Below are positions 38,847 through 47,274 of a stretch of 64,000 nucleotides of DNA, in pieces. The notes below the pieces were generated by a model, which saw only the letters and a program-made list of their open reading frames with translations, searched no databases and was not told the origin of the DNA. Positions within the stretch are counted from its first letter, which is position 1. Each line of letters opens with the position of its first letter. Position numbers and translations under genes: made by a program. Source of the DNA: Clostridiales bacterium (lineage in GTDB: Bacteria; Bacillota; Clostridia; Christensenellales; Pumilibacteraceae); assembly GCA_029066805.1 (NCBI GenBank), contig JAIEFT010000013.1, positions 1,167 through 65,166 of the forward strand, in the 5' to 3' direction.

Positions 38847-39845
38847 ATGGCTATCACATTTGAAGGATACGAAAGAAGAATAGACAAAATCAATGCCGAG
38901 CTCAAAAACTACGGGATCAAATCCCTGGAAGAAGCGCGCGACATCTGCCTTAAGCACGGCGTAAACGTTGAAGAGATCGTAAAGGGCGTTCAGCCCATAG
39001 CGTTCGAAAACGCGGTTTGGGCGTATACCGTCGGTTGCGCGATTGCGTTCAAAAAGGGCGTAAAGACCGCGGCGGAAGCGGCGGAATGCATCGGCGTGGG
39101 CTTGCAGTCGTTCTGCATTCCCGGCAGTGTTGCCGATCAGCGCAAGGTCGGCTTGGGTCACGGCAACCTCGGCGCAATGCTGCTCCGCGAAGAGACCGAC
39201 TGCTTTGCTTTTCTTGCAGGTCACGAATCGTTTGCAGCGGCGGAAGGCGCAATCGGCATTGCCAGAAACGCCAACAAAGCGCGCAAAAAACCGCTTCGCG
39301 TAATACTCAACGGCTTGGGTAAGGACGCGGCGTACATAATTTCGCGCATCAACGGCTTCACTTACGTTCAGACCAAGTACGATTACTATACCGGCGAGCT
39401 CAAAATCGTGCGCGAAGTACCGTTCTCGGACGGCGAAAGATCCAAGGTTCGTTGCTACGGCGCGGACGACGTCAGCGAGGGCGTGGCGATCATGCGTCAC
39501 GAAAAGGTTGACGTGTCAATAACCGGCAACTCCACCAACCCGACCAGATTCCAGCACCCCGTTGCCGGCACTTACAAGAAATGGTGTCAGGAGAACGACA
39601 AAAAATACTTCTCGGTCGCCAGCGGCGGCGGCACGGGCAGAACGCTCCACCCGGATAACGTAGCGGCAGGTCCTGCCTCGTACGGCATGACCGACACAAT
39701 GGGGCGTATGCACAGCGACGCACAGTTTGCGGGCAGCTCTTCCGTTCCCGCGCACGTCGAAATGATGGGTCTTATCGGCATGGGCAACAACCCCATGGTC
39801 GGCGCGACCGTCGCTTGCGCTGTTGCAGTTAGCCTCGCTAAATAA
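38847..39845 (+). CDS. GGGtGRT-family protein (conserved, function unknown)
   Basis: Contains the eponymous motif ASGGGTGRTLHPDN. 15 nt after the NifU-like gene. Confidence 0.75.
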   Translation: MAITFEGYERRIDKINAELKNYGIKSLEEARDICLKHGVNVEEIVKGVQPIAFENAVWAYTVGCAIAFKKGVKTAAEAAECIGVGLQSFCIPGSVADQRKVGLGHGNLGAMLLREETDCFAFLAGHESFAAAEGAIGIARNANKARKKPLRVILNGLGKDAAYIISRINGFTYVQTKYDYYTGELKIVREVPFSDGERSKVRCYGADDVSEGVAIMRHEKVDVSITGNSTNPTRFQHPVAGTYKKWCQENDKKYFSVASGGGTGRTLHPDNVAAGPASYGMTDTMGRMHSDAQFAGSSSVPAHVEMMGLIGMGNNPMVGATVACAVAVSLAK

Positions 39846-39961
39846 TTCAGAATTAAGAATTCAGAATGAAATAAGGATGAGATTCCTCACGTTGCTCGGA
39901 ATGACAAAAAATCTTTTATTTGTCACTTCGAACGCAGTGAGAAGTCTCATCCTCTTTTTTT
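39846..39961 (+). terminator. family B element acting as a long-hairpin terminator
   Basis: Array ttcagaattaagaattcagaatg, then arms ggatgagattcctcacgttgctcggaatgacaaa (39875-39908) / tttgtcacttcgaacgcagtgagaagtctcatcc (39919-39952), then the T-run tcttttttt. Confidence 0.7.
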
Positions 39962-39974
39962 GCCATAAAAAAGC

Positions 39975-40003
39975 TTGCAAAATTTATGTCGATATGCTAT
40001 AAT
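39975..40003 (+). promoter_or_regulatory. sigma-70-type promoter of the lipoprotein genes
   Basis: TTGCAA, 17 nt, TATAAT. Confidence 0.6.
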
Positions 40004-40016
40004 AAAGTATGACAAA

Positions 40017-40048
40017 GGCGTCGAGGTTGTTTTTCGACGCCGTTTTTT
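40017..40048 (+). terminator. promoter-proximal GC hairpin + T6 in the 5' leader
   Basis: ggcgtcga-ggttgtttt-tcgacgcc followed by gtttttt, between the -10 box and the SD GAGAGGA. Confidence 0.5.
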
Positions 40049-40060
40049 AGTGAGAGGATC

Positions 40061-43000
40061 ATGAAAAAAAGGCTTATTGTATTAATAACGGCAGCAATAA
40101 TGCTGCTTACGGCATCGGTTTTTGCGCTTGTCGGTTGCGACTCGGACGCAGAAAAGGTCGAGTACAGCGTTACCGTGCTTTCGGCTGACGCGCAGCCTGT
40201 AGAGGGCGCGACCGTATCGTGGCAGCAGTCCGGCAAAACGCAGGGCAGTGCGGTGACCGACGCCGACGGTGTTGCCAAGGTGAATATCCCCGCGGGCACG
40301 TACAAGGTGACGCTTTCGGGGATCGGCGATGGAATGGCCTACGACGATATATCCGTAACGCCGTCTATGCGCGAAATTACACTCGTGCTGGAAGTAAAGA
40401 GCGTAACGTACACCGCGACCGTTGTGGATAAGTCGGGCGCGGCGGCAAAGGGCGTGACCGTAACGTGGTCTAGCGGCAGCGCGGTCGCGGGCACGGCGAT
40501 TACCGGTGACGACGGATCGGCTTCGTGCGATCTCGATTACGGCGATTATTCGGTGACGGTATCCGACCTTCCCGACGGCAACATATTCACCGACGCGATC
40601 GACGTTACGGGCAAAGACCCGAGCGCGCGCTTCGAGCTGCGCGGCGGCGAAACCGTGTCTTATACAGTAACGGTAAAGAGCGCGGGCGGACTCAAGTTTG
40701 AGGATATGACCGTGTTTGTTTACAGCGGCGGCAAGCCCATTCATTCGGGCAAGACCGACAAAGACGGCGTGCTTACGTTCTCTCAGCCGGCGGGCAACTA
40801 CACGGCGGACGTGCCCGACGTTCAGGACGGCTACACCGTGACAAAAAAAGCAACGCTTACCGAGTCCGAGCGGCAGGGCGAAGTGGTGCTTTCTTCCGAG
40901 GTAATACTTACGCCTCCGCCTTCTCCTCCCGCAGCAAACAGCAATGAGCCCCCGACCTATGTGACGGGCGATATTATTCACGACTACACGTTTACTACGC
41001 CTTACGAGGTGGACGGCGCAAGAAAAGATTACTCGATTGCCGAGCTGCTCAAAACCAAGCAGGCAGTTGTGATCAACAACTGGGGGACTAAGTGCAGCTG
41101 GTGCGTTAAAGAAATGCCCGCAATGGAAGAGGTTTACGCTAAGTACAAAGACAGGATAGAGCTGCTTGCGATCAGCAACTATAACGGCGGCGATACCGAA
41201 TCGACTATAATTAACTACCGCGCGGCAAACGACTATTCTTTCCCGATGATGCGCGATACCAATTCGTTCGTGCTTCGGTTCGGCATAACCAATTTCCCTA
41301 CAACTATTATTATAGACCGCTACGGCGCGATAGCACATATCGAATCGGGCGCGATACCCGACGCCGAAATCTGGGATCGGCTTATCAGTCGATACGTGGG
41401 CGACAATTATGTTCAAACGTTCACACCGGGCAAGGATAACGAACCTATTACCACCGAGGTTTCCAAGCCCGATATAACCGTTCCCGCCGACCACTACCAA
41501 AAGGTCGCGGCGGCTATCAACGGCTTCACGCCCAACGCTACTACGGATATCGTGTGGAGCGGAGAGACCGAAAACGAAACGATCTGGCCGTTCATACTCA
41601 AGACCGAGGAGGGCGTATCGGAGGATAAGGAGGTTCTTTGCTCGTCCAACTCCAAAAAGCCCAACTCCATGTCCGCACTGTACGGCAATGTTAAAATGCC
41701 GGTCGGCAAGGTTCTTACCTTTGACTACTATTCCGAGTGCGAAACGGACGGCGACATTCTTTCCGTAATTTGGGACGGAAAGATAATCCGTCAGATTTCG
41801 GGCATAAGCGGCGGCTGGAAAACATGCTATTTGTACACCGAGCTGACGGCGGGCGAGCACAGGCTTGCGCTTGCCTACAGAAAGGACAGCACGAGGGACG
41901 TAGGCAAGGACAACGTGTACATCCGAAGCGTCAGGTTTGAGGATTTGTCCGCTGTTGAATTAAATACGGACATGATGCGCGCAGCGGCGTACGGCACGCC
42001 CGAGAAAGACGCGACCACGTTCCCGCACTATGCCGATGTTGAGCTGAAAAACGACGGCTACTATCACGTCAAGCTTGACAAGCTGGAAAACAGCGAGTAC
42101 GCGGGCAACGACCCGTCGCCTATGCTGTTTGTCAACATGACGGGCGTAACCAACTGGAACAACCTTTTGTCCGTAAGCCAGATCGTGTATGCCGTGGACG
42201 AAATCAGCGGCGAATATCTGGTAGATTGTAGGCTTACAATAGACGGAAAAACGCGCGACTACCGCGCCGACATAATAGAATACTGCCGTATCGCGTCGGC
42301 GTCCGATATTCCGGGCTTCATGCCTGTGGATAAGGAGCTTCACGACATACTTGTCGCGTTCACGGCAAAGGCGATGGGCAATCAGTATCACGACAAAGCG
42401 TGGTTAGAGCTGTGCTACTTCTATTCACACTACGGCGCGGGCGAAACGATAGGCAATCCCATAATCGGACTTACTACCAAAACGGCAATAACCGCCGAAG
42501 TCGACAAGACAATGACGGCGGACGTAACGCGCACCATGGCGCCGTTCCCGAGCGCTATATATGCGTTCACCCCTACGGAGAGCGCGGTGTACAAAATACA
42601 GTCGCTCCTCCCGAACAACAGCGATCAGTCGACACAGGTGTGGCTGTACGATGCCGACACCGACGTAGAGCATCCGCTGGTATACAGTGGCGACGGCAGA
42701 TTCTTCCGCGACGGAGTGGATGAGCACAACTTCTCGGTCTACCGCTACTTGACCGCAGGGCACAAGTACTATATAGAGGTTGCGCTGCTCATGGCGGAAA
42801 CCGGCACGTTTAACTTTAAAATAACCAATGTCGGACAATCGGCGACCGAGCTCGTGCCGTGTTCGGATAACGTTTACGAGCTTATCATGCAAGGCAGCGG
42901 CGATAACGAAAGGGTGGTTGGCATTAAGCTTTCCGGCGCGGTGGAATACGGCAAGGATGCGGACGGCTACTACCACGTAAAGAATGCGGACGGCTCGCTC

Positions 43001-43480
43001 GGCGACTTTATCTACTTTGACGTTATGTATCCCACGACGTACACGACTAGGTCAATAACCAAGCTTGTTGACGAAAAGCTCCGCGTACCCGAAATCGGAA
43101 CCGAGCTCGAGTACTATACGTTCGACTTTAGGTACAGAATAGCGTACTCGTCCGCTACCGACGAAAACGGCGAATTGATCTCCGGCTACGATCCCAAATT
43201 TGTCTTTGCCGATCACCCCGTTCAGGGCAGGGAAGCCGAGGACTATATCGACTACACCGATATAATAAAGGAATATATCGCAAAGGCCGAAACGACCGGA
43301 GACAAAGCGGGACTTGTCAAGGTGGACGATAGACTTGTCAAGATACTCAAGCTGTTTATAGAAGTGCGCATCAACATGCTTAACATTACCGATAAAGGTA
43401 TAGAATACGAAGAAGCGCTCGAAAACGAATGGCTCAGGTTCTGCTGGTACTTTAATACACATGACGCACAAAACCCCTAA
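40061..43480 (+). CDS. 1139-aa lipoprotein: 3 CarboxypepD_reg/Ig-like repeats + TlpA-like thioredoxin domain + large C-terminal region
   Basis: Lipobox FALVGC. Repeats of the type YSVTV..DAQPVEGATV..TDADGVAKV..AGTYKVT. Redoxin segment VVINNWGTKCSWCVKEMP...TTIIIDRYGAI. Confidence 0.8.
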   Translation: MKKRLIVLITAAIMLLTASVFALVGCDSDAEKVEYSVTVLSADAQPVEGATVSWQQSGKTQGSAVTDADGVAKVNIPAGTYKVTLSGIGDGMAYDDISVTPSMREITLVLEVKSVTYTATVVDKSGAAAKGVTVTWSSGSAVAGTAITGDDGSASCDLDYGDYSVTVSDLPDGNIFTDAIDVTGKDPSARFELRGGETVSYTVTVKSAGGLKFEDMTVFVYSGGKPIHSGKTDKDGVLTFSQPAGNYTADVPDVQDGYTVTKKATLTESERQGEVVLSSEVILTPPPSPPAANSNEPPTYVTGDIIHDYTFTTPYEVDGARKDYSIAELLKTKQAVVINNWGTKCSWCVKEMPAMEEVYAKYKDRIELLAISNYNGGDTESTIINYRAANDYSFPMMRDTNSFVLRFGITNFPTTIIIDRYGAIAHIESGAIPDAEIWDRLISRYVGDNYVQTFTPGKDNEPITTEVSKPDITVPADHYQKVAAAINGFTPNATTDIVWSGETENETIWPFILKTEEGVSEDKEVLCSSNSKKPNSMSALYGNVKMPVGKVLTFDYYSECETDGDILSVIWDGKIIRQISGISGGWKTCYLYTELTAGEHRLALAYRKDSTRDVGKDNVYIRSVRFEDLSAVELNTDMMRAAAYGTPEKDATTFPHYADVELKNDGYYHVKLDKLENSEYAGNDPSPMLFVNMTGVTNWNNLLSVSQIVYAVDEISGEYLVDCRLTIDGKTRDYRADIIEYCRIASASDIPGFMPVDKELHDILVAFTAKAMGNQYHDKAWLELCYFYSHYGAGETIGNPIIGLTTKTAITAEVDKTMTADVTRTMAPFPSAIYAFTPTESAVYKIQSLLPNNSDQSTQVWLYDADTDVEHPLVYSGDGRFFRDGVDEHNFSVYRYLTAGHKYYIEVALLMAETGTFNFKITNVGQSATELVPCSDNVYELIMQGSGDNERVVGIKLSGAVEYGKDADGYYHVKNADGSLGDFIYFDVMYPTTYTTRSITKLVDEKLRVPEIGTELEYYTFDFRYRIAYSSATDENGELISGYDPKFVFADHPVQGREAEDYIDYTDIIKEYIAKAETTGDKAGLVKVDDRLVKILKLFIEVRINMLNITDKGIEYEEALENEWLRFCWYFNTHDAQNP

Positions 43481-43536
43481 TTCGCTTACAAATTAAATTT
43501 CACTTTTACGATCACCTATTTTAAGGAGGCAAAATC

Positions 43537-46185
43537 ATGACAAAACTGCGTAACAAAATCGTGCTTGTGCTTTTGGCGCTTTGCATAGTCGCATGCTTGG
43601 GACTAGTCGTTGCTTGCGGCGGCGATACTCCCAACGACGGATCGGTTACTTATACCGTTATAGTCAAAGCGGGGGACGACGCGGCAGAGGGAGTACAGGT
43701 CACCGTCAAAAAGGGCAACACTATTCTCGGCAAACCCAACCAAAAAACAGATAAAAACGGCAAGGTCGAATTCAAGCTTGCTGAGGACGCCGGCTATACC
43801 GTGACGTTAACCAATCTTCCCGACGGCTATACATTACCCGAGGGAACGACGCTTGAGTTCGGCTCGAACCGCAAACTTGAAGTCAGCCTGTCGGAAAGCT
43901 TTGCGTACAAGATCAAGCTTGTAAATCCCGACGGCAGTGCTTTTACCGCGGCGAGCGCAATGGTGGGCATATGCACGCTTGAGGGCAACTGCCTCAATCC
44001 CGTGTTCGTAGACAAGGACGGCGTCGGCAAGGTGTATAATGTGGCAAAGACCGATTATCACGTGCAGGTGCTTGAGCTTCCCGCCGACTATGGGTACGAA
44101 TGCGACGGACACGGTTATTCGATTTACAAAAACACAAACGGTCAATACGTTGCGGTCGGCGCGGAAAACACGTACAACAGCCTTTCCGCAACCAAGACCG
44201 AAACGACGGTAACGATTTATCCGGTTAATGTTATCGATTTTAAAACCGCGACCGCGCTCACCGCGGAGCAGATCGCTGCGTATAAAAATCTTAATATCAA
44301 GGGTAGCAAGGCGTATAAGTTTGAGGTTAATCTTGACGCGGGCGCAACCGCGTATTACACGTTCACGTCCGACTACGACGGCGAATATATAGTATACGCC
44401 GCGGACGACGTTGCATCCTACAAGCTGAACGAAACGTTCTTGATCGGCGATTCGTATTTGACGGGAGGCGGCGCGTTCAACAAAAAAGGTCATTATGCAA
44501 CCGTGAGCGCGAACGAAAACTACTATCTTAACGTTACCAACAACGGCAAAGCCGCAGGCAAGGCGGAGTTTATCATCGCCGCGCCCGCCGCGTCCAAAAC
44601 GGAAATCAAGGACAAGGGCACGGTCAAGGCTGTTATCAACCAAAGCGGCGCAAAAGCTGTTGTTGCGCTTGCCCCCGAAGCAGGCGCGGCATACAAGCTT
44701 ACCGTAAAAGGCGGCGCTATCAAACAGGTAGCTAACGAGACCGAAGCAGAAAAAACCACGTTTGCCGAAGCCGACTACAAAGAGGAAAGCTCTTGCACAG
44801 CCAAGTTCACCGAGGACATGAAAGGGCAAAAGCTGTACTTTGCCGTATCGGTTAAGGCTGATACGTACCCCGCAACCGTTGACGTTACCGTCGAAAAGGT
44901 AGCTGAGCTCAAAAACGAAACTAAGGTCGTAACCACGACGGAAACGCTTGTCAAGTACAATCGTCCCGCCGACAAGGAGCTTATTCCCATGCCGCTCGAC
45001 GGCTCGGTCGATCTTGTTTTGGGCAAGGACAAATACTATCATATCGGCAATGAAAACGGTCCGATCGTTGTGGTCAATCTCACCGGCAATCTGGAGGAGG
45101 ACAGGTTCAGCGCGGGCGGCGCGTTGGTGTATATGGAGCTTGCCACTGACGGCAGAGTGTCGCCGTACACTGTTGACGTTACAGTCGACGCCGACAAAGC
45201 AAACATTGAAAAAGGCAAAACGTTTAACGACTACCGCAACTTACTCAGAGGTTTTGACGAGTACAAGTACAACGACAAAAACGAGGCGAGTATTCCCAAT
45301 GATATAACCGTAGATAAGTATTATGCCAAGTACGCCAACGAGGACGGGGTATATCCGCTAACTGCCGAGCTTAGGGACATTTTGGAAAAAATCACCTCCG
45401 TGCTGGCATCCGGTGACTCCGCCGTTATGTTGCCTGTTGCGGAATACGAGTATCTGTGGATGTTTGCATGCTCCTACTACGACGATATTGCGGAAGCGGA
45501 CGCAATAGTGGGCGATTATAAATTTGTCAAATATGTGGACGCGGACGGCTCTACGGTCGCACTCGGCAGCTCCAAGATAATCGGCTGGGACGACGAAAAA
45601 GCCGAAAATATTTTGGGCACTGTGGACGAGGAAGAATACAAGCTTGTAGTTACCAAACGCAACAAATTTGTCATCTATCATCTGGAAAACGACGGCGAGT
45701 ATGAGGAATATCAATCAGGCGCTTGGTCAAAAGACGGGGAAGCATACAAGCTTGTAGTGCCCAACGGTGCAATCAACGAAAATTCCGTATTTGTCGATCT
45801 TGTTTATTCGGTCGTATTGGATTTGGAGGAAGCTAGCCTTTCCCTTGCCGGTTCGGATAACTCGGAATGGTCGTTCATGCGTTCGATTGCGCTCTTGACC
45901 GAGGACGAAAAGGCAAAGCTCGAATTGTACGGCGATAAGTTTAAGTTCTACCAAAAAGAGGAAGGCGAAGGCTTTGTTCAGTACGCTTACGGCAAGCAAG
46001 TCGGCGGCGACGAGGAAAGCCCGGAAATCGAGTTCATCGATAAGCACGACTCGGTTAAAAATGTGGAGCTTAAATTGGGTGTGGAAATCAATGGTGAAGG
46101 TACGGCGGTTTTGCTTAAGGTCAAGGTTTCCTACACCGACGATACCGTCGTAGAGTATGTGTTCGATATGACCGACGTGCTCTAA
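43537..46185 (+). CDS. 882-aa lipoprotein, paralogous architecture (Ig-like repeats + large C-terminal region)
   Basis: Lipobox LVVACG. YTVIVKAGDDAAEGVQVTVKKG..TDKNGKVEF. AGGAGG SD. Confidence 0.8.
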   Translation: MTKLRNKIVLVLLALCIVACLGLVVACGGDTPNDGSVTYTVIVKAGDDAAEGVQVTVKKGNTILGKPNQKTDKNGKVEFKLAEDAGYTVTLTNLPDGYTLPEGTTLEFGSNRKLEVSLSESFAYKIKLVNPDGSAFTAASAMVGICTLEGNCLNPVFVDKDGVGKVYNVAKTDYHVQVLELPADYGYECDGHGYSIYKNTNGQYVAVGAENTYNSLSATKTETTVTIYPVNVIDFKTATALTAEQIAAYKNLNIKGSKAYKFEVNLDAGATAYYTFTSDYDGEYIVYAADDVASYKLNETFLIGDSYLTGGGAFNKKGHYATVSANENYYLNVTNNGKAAGKAEFIIAAPAASKTEIKDKGTVKAVINQSGAKAVVALAPEAGAAYKLTVKGGAIKQVANETEAEKTTFAEADYKEESSCTAKFTEDMKGQKLYFAVSVKADTYPATVDVTVEKVAELKNETKVVTTTETLVKYNRPADKELIPMPLDGSVDLVLGKDKYYHIGNENGPIVVVNLTGNLEEDRFSAGGALVYMELATDGRVSPYTVDVTVDADKANIEKGKTFNDYRNLLRGFDEYKYNDKNEASIPNDITVDKYYAKYANEDGVYPLTAELRDILEKITSVLASGDSAVMLPVAEYEYLWMFACSYYDDIAEADAIVGDYKFVKYVDADGSTVALGSSKIIGWDDEKAENILGTVDEEEYKLVVTKRNKFVIYHLENDGEYEEYQSGAWSKDGEAYKLVVPNGAINENSVFVDLVYSVVLDLEEASLSLAGSDNSEWSFMRSIALLTEDEKAKLELYGDKFKFYQKEEGEGFVQYAYGKQVGGDEESPEIEFIDKHDSVKNVELKLGVEINGEGTAVLLKVKVSYTDDTVVEYVFDMTDVL

Positions 46186-46214
46186 TACCTTTTAATATTA
46201 ATAAACAAGCAACT

Positions 46215-46248
46215 AAAAACCGTTACGAAAATTTCCGTAGCGGTTTTT
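46215..46248. terminator. bidirectional terminator between convergent genes
   Basis: aaaaaccgttacg-aaaatttc-cgtagcggttttt. Confidence 0.7.
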
Positions 46249-46252
46249 ACTT

Positions 46253-47011
46253 TTAGAACACAAAGTATCTGAGAAGTGCAAACGTCACAAGCAGGGCGAC
46301 AATCGCTACGCCCGCACAGACAAGGATTATCGTTGTCTTTTTTGATTTTTTCTCGTCGTAATCGGGCTTACCGTAAATTTTGCGGTTGACCGAATTTATC
46401 AGCCTTGATATTCGCTTGTATACAAGCAGCGTTACGCCTATCGCCACCAAACAGCGCAGCAGGTTAAACGGCAGTACCGACGCCCACAGATAAAAGCTGT
46501 AGAACGTGCTTTCCGTACAAGCGGGGAACAGCGGCTTCATCATGCCGATGAGCGGCGTCCAACTCCCGCCGAAAAACACCTGCACATAAAACGGGACAAG
46601 CACAAGCCAATTGAACAGCATGGCGATTATTACTTCCGCCGCTGTGCCGATTGCCATGCCGACAAGCGCGCCCTTGAACGTGCGGTGTTTTTTGTAGATG
46701 ATGCCCGCGGTAACGGCAAACACGCATGAGGTGACAAGGTCGGACAGCTCGCCCACAAACACGGTGGACGAGCCCTTTATAACAAGCTTTATCAAAATTT
46801 CCACAACCACGATAACCGCGCCGGACACCGGACCGAGCGTGAACGAGCCGATTAGTATGGGTATATCGGACAGCTTAAATTCCAAAAATCCCGGAAATGC
46901 AAACGGCAATGCAAAATCCAGTATGTACAGCACGCCCGCGAGCGTAGCGAACATTGCGATAAACGCGATGTGCGTCGAACTTATTCCTTGCTTTGTGTTT
47001 TGATTAGGCAT
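46253..47011 (-). CDS. ribU: ECF-transporter S component for riboflavin (RibU-like)
   Basis: Six-TM S-component-like protein directly downstream of an FMN riboswitch. Start at ATG 47011 behind GGAG. Confidence 0.8.
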   Translation of the reverse strand: MPNQNTKQGISSTHIAFIAMFATLAGVLYILDFALPFAFPGFLEFKLSDIPILIGSFTLGPVSGAVIVVVEILIKLVIKGSSTVFVGELSDLVTSCVFAVTAGIIYKKHRTFKGALVGMAIGTAAEVIIAMLFNWLVLVPFYVQVFFGGSWTPLIGMMKPLFPACTESTFYSFYLWASVLPFNLLRCLVAIGVTLLVYKRISRLINSVNRKIYGKPDYDEKKSKKTTIILVCAGVAIVALLVTFALLRYFVF

Positions 47012-47075
47012 AATAAAACTCCACAATTATGCTTTGGGGAGTGTGCAATACTAATACGTACGGTATTGAACAAAA

Positions 47076-47194
47076 TTCTTTTATCATCCGGACTATACCG
47101 TCGGTTTGGGAATTTCACCCAATCGGGACTGCCTATATAGGCAATCTTAGTGGACTGTCACCACCGGTGGGGAATTCCACCCCGCCCCAAAGAA
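47076..47194 (-). promoter_or_regulatory. FMN riboswitch (RFN element)
   Basis: Minus strand: ttctttGGGGCGGGGTGGAATTCCCCACCGGTGGTgacagtcc...CCCGATTGGGTGAAATTCCCAAACCGACGGTATAGTCCGGATGataaaagaa. Matches the conserved RFN cores and P1 closes ttcttt/aaagaa. Confidence 0.93.
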
Positions 47195-47209
47195 TGTTTA
47201 TTTGCTTGT

Positions 47210-47238
47210 ATTATATATTAGGATGTTCCTATTGTCAA
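47210..47238 (-). promoter_or_regulatory. consensus promoter driving the FMN riboswitch-ribU unit
   Basis: Minus strand TTGACA, 17 nt, TATAAT. The -10 ends about 15 nt before the riboswitch. Confidence 0.7.
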
Positions 47239-47274
47239 GTGAATTACCGACACAATTTTCCGCATACTAACTAC

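Noticed and set aside
38149-39500. Minus-strand ORFs 38149..38781 and 38781..39500.
   Set aside because: They are antisense to the NifU-like and GGGtGRT genes, which have SDs and recognisable motifs.
40082-45042. 592-aa (40082..41860) and 402-aa (43834..45042) minus-strand ORFs.
   Set aside because: They are antisense to the two lipoprotein genes. Their translations are extremely Arg-rich with no start context. The sense frames have signal peptides, lipoboxes and repeated domains.
47029-47274. N-terminal 82 codons of track ORF 47029..48246, and similar 5' extensions of 29446..30462, 48708..50159 and 639..1367.
   Set aside because: The extensions read through the FMN riboswitch (antisense) or through family A repeats. 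Internal ATGs with SDs give proteins starting at the conserved N-termini.
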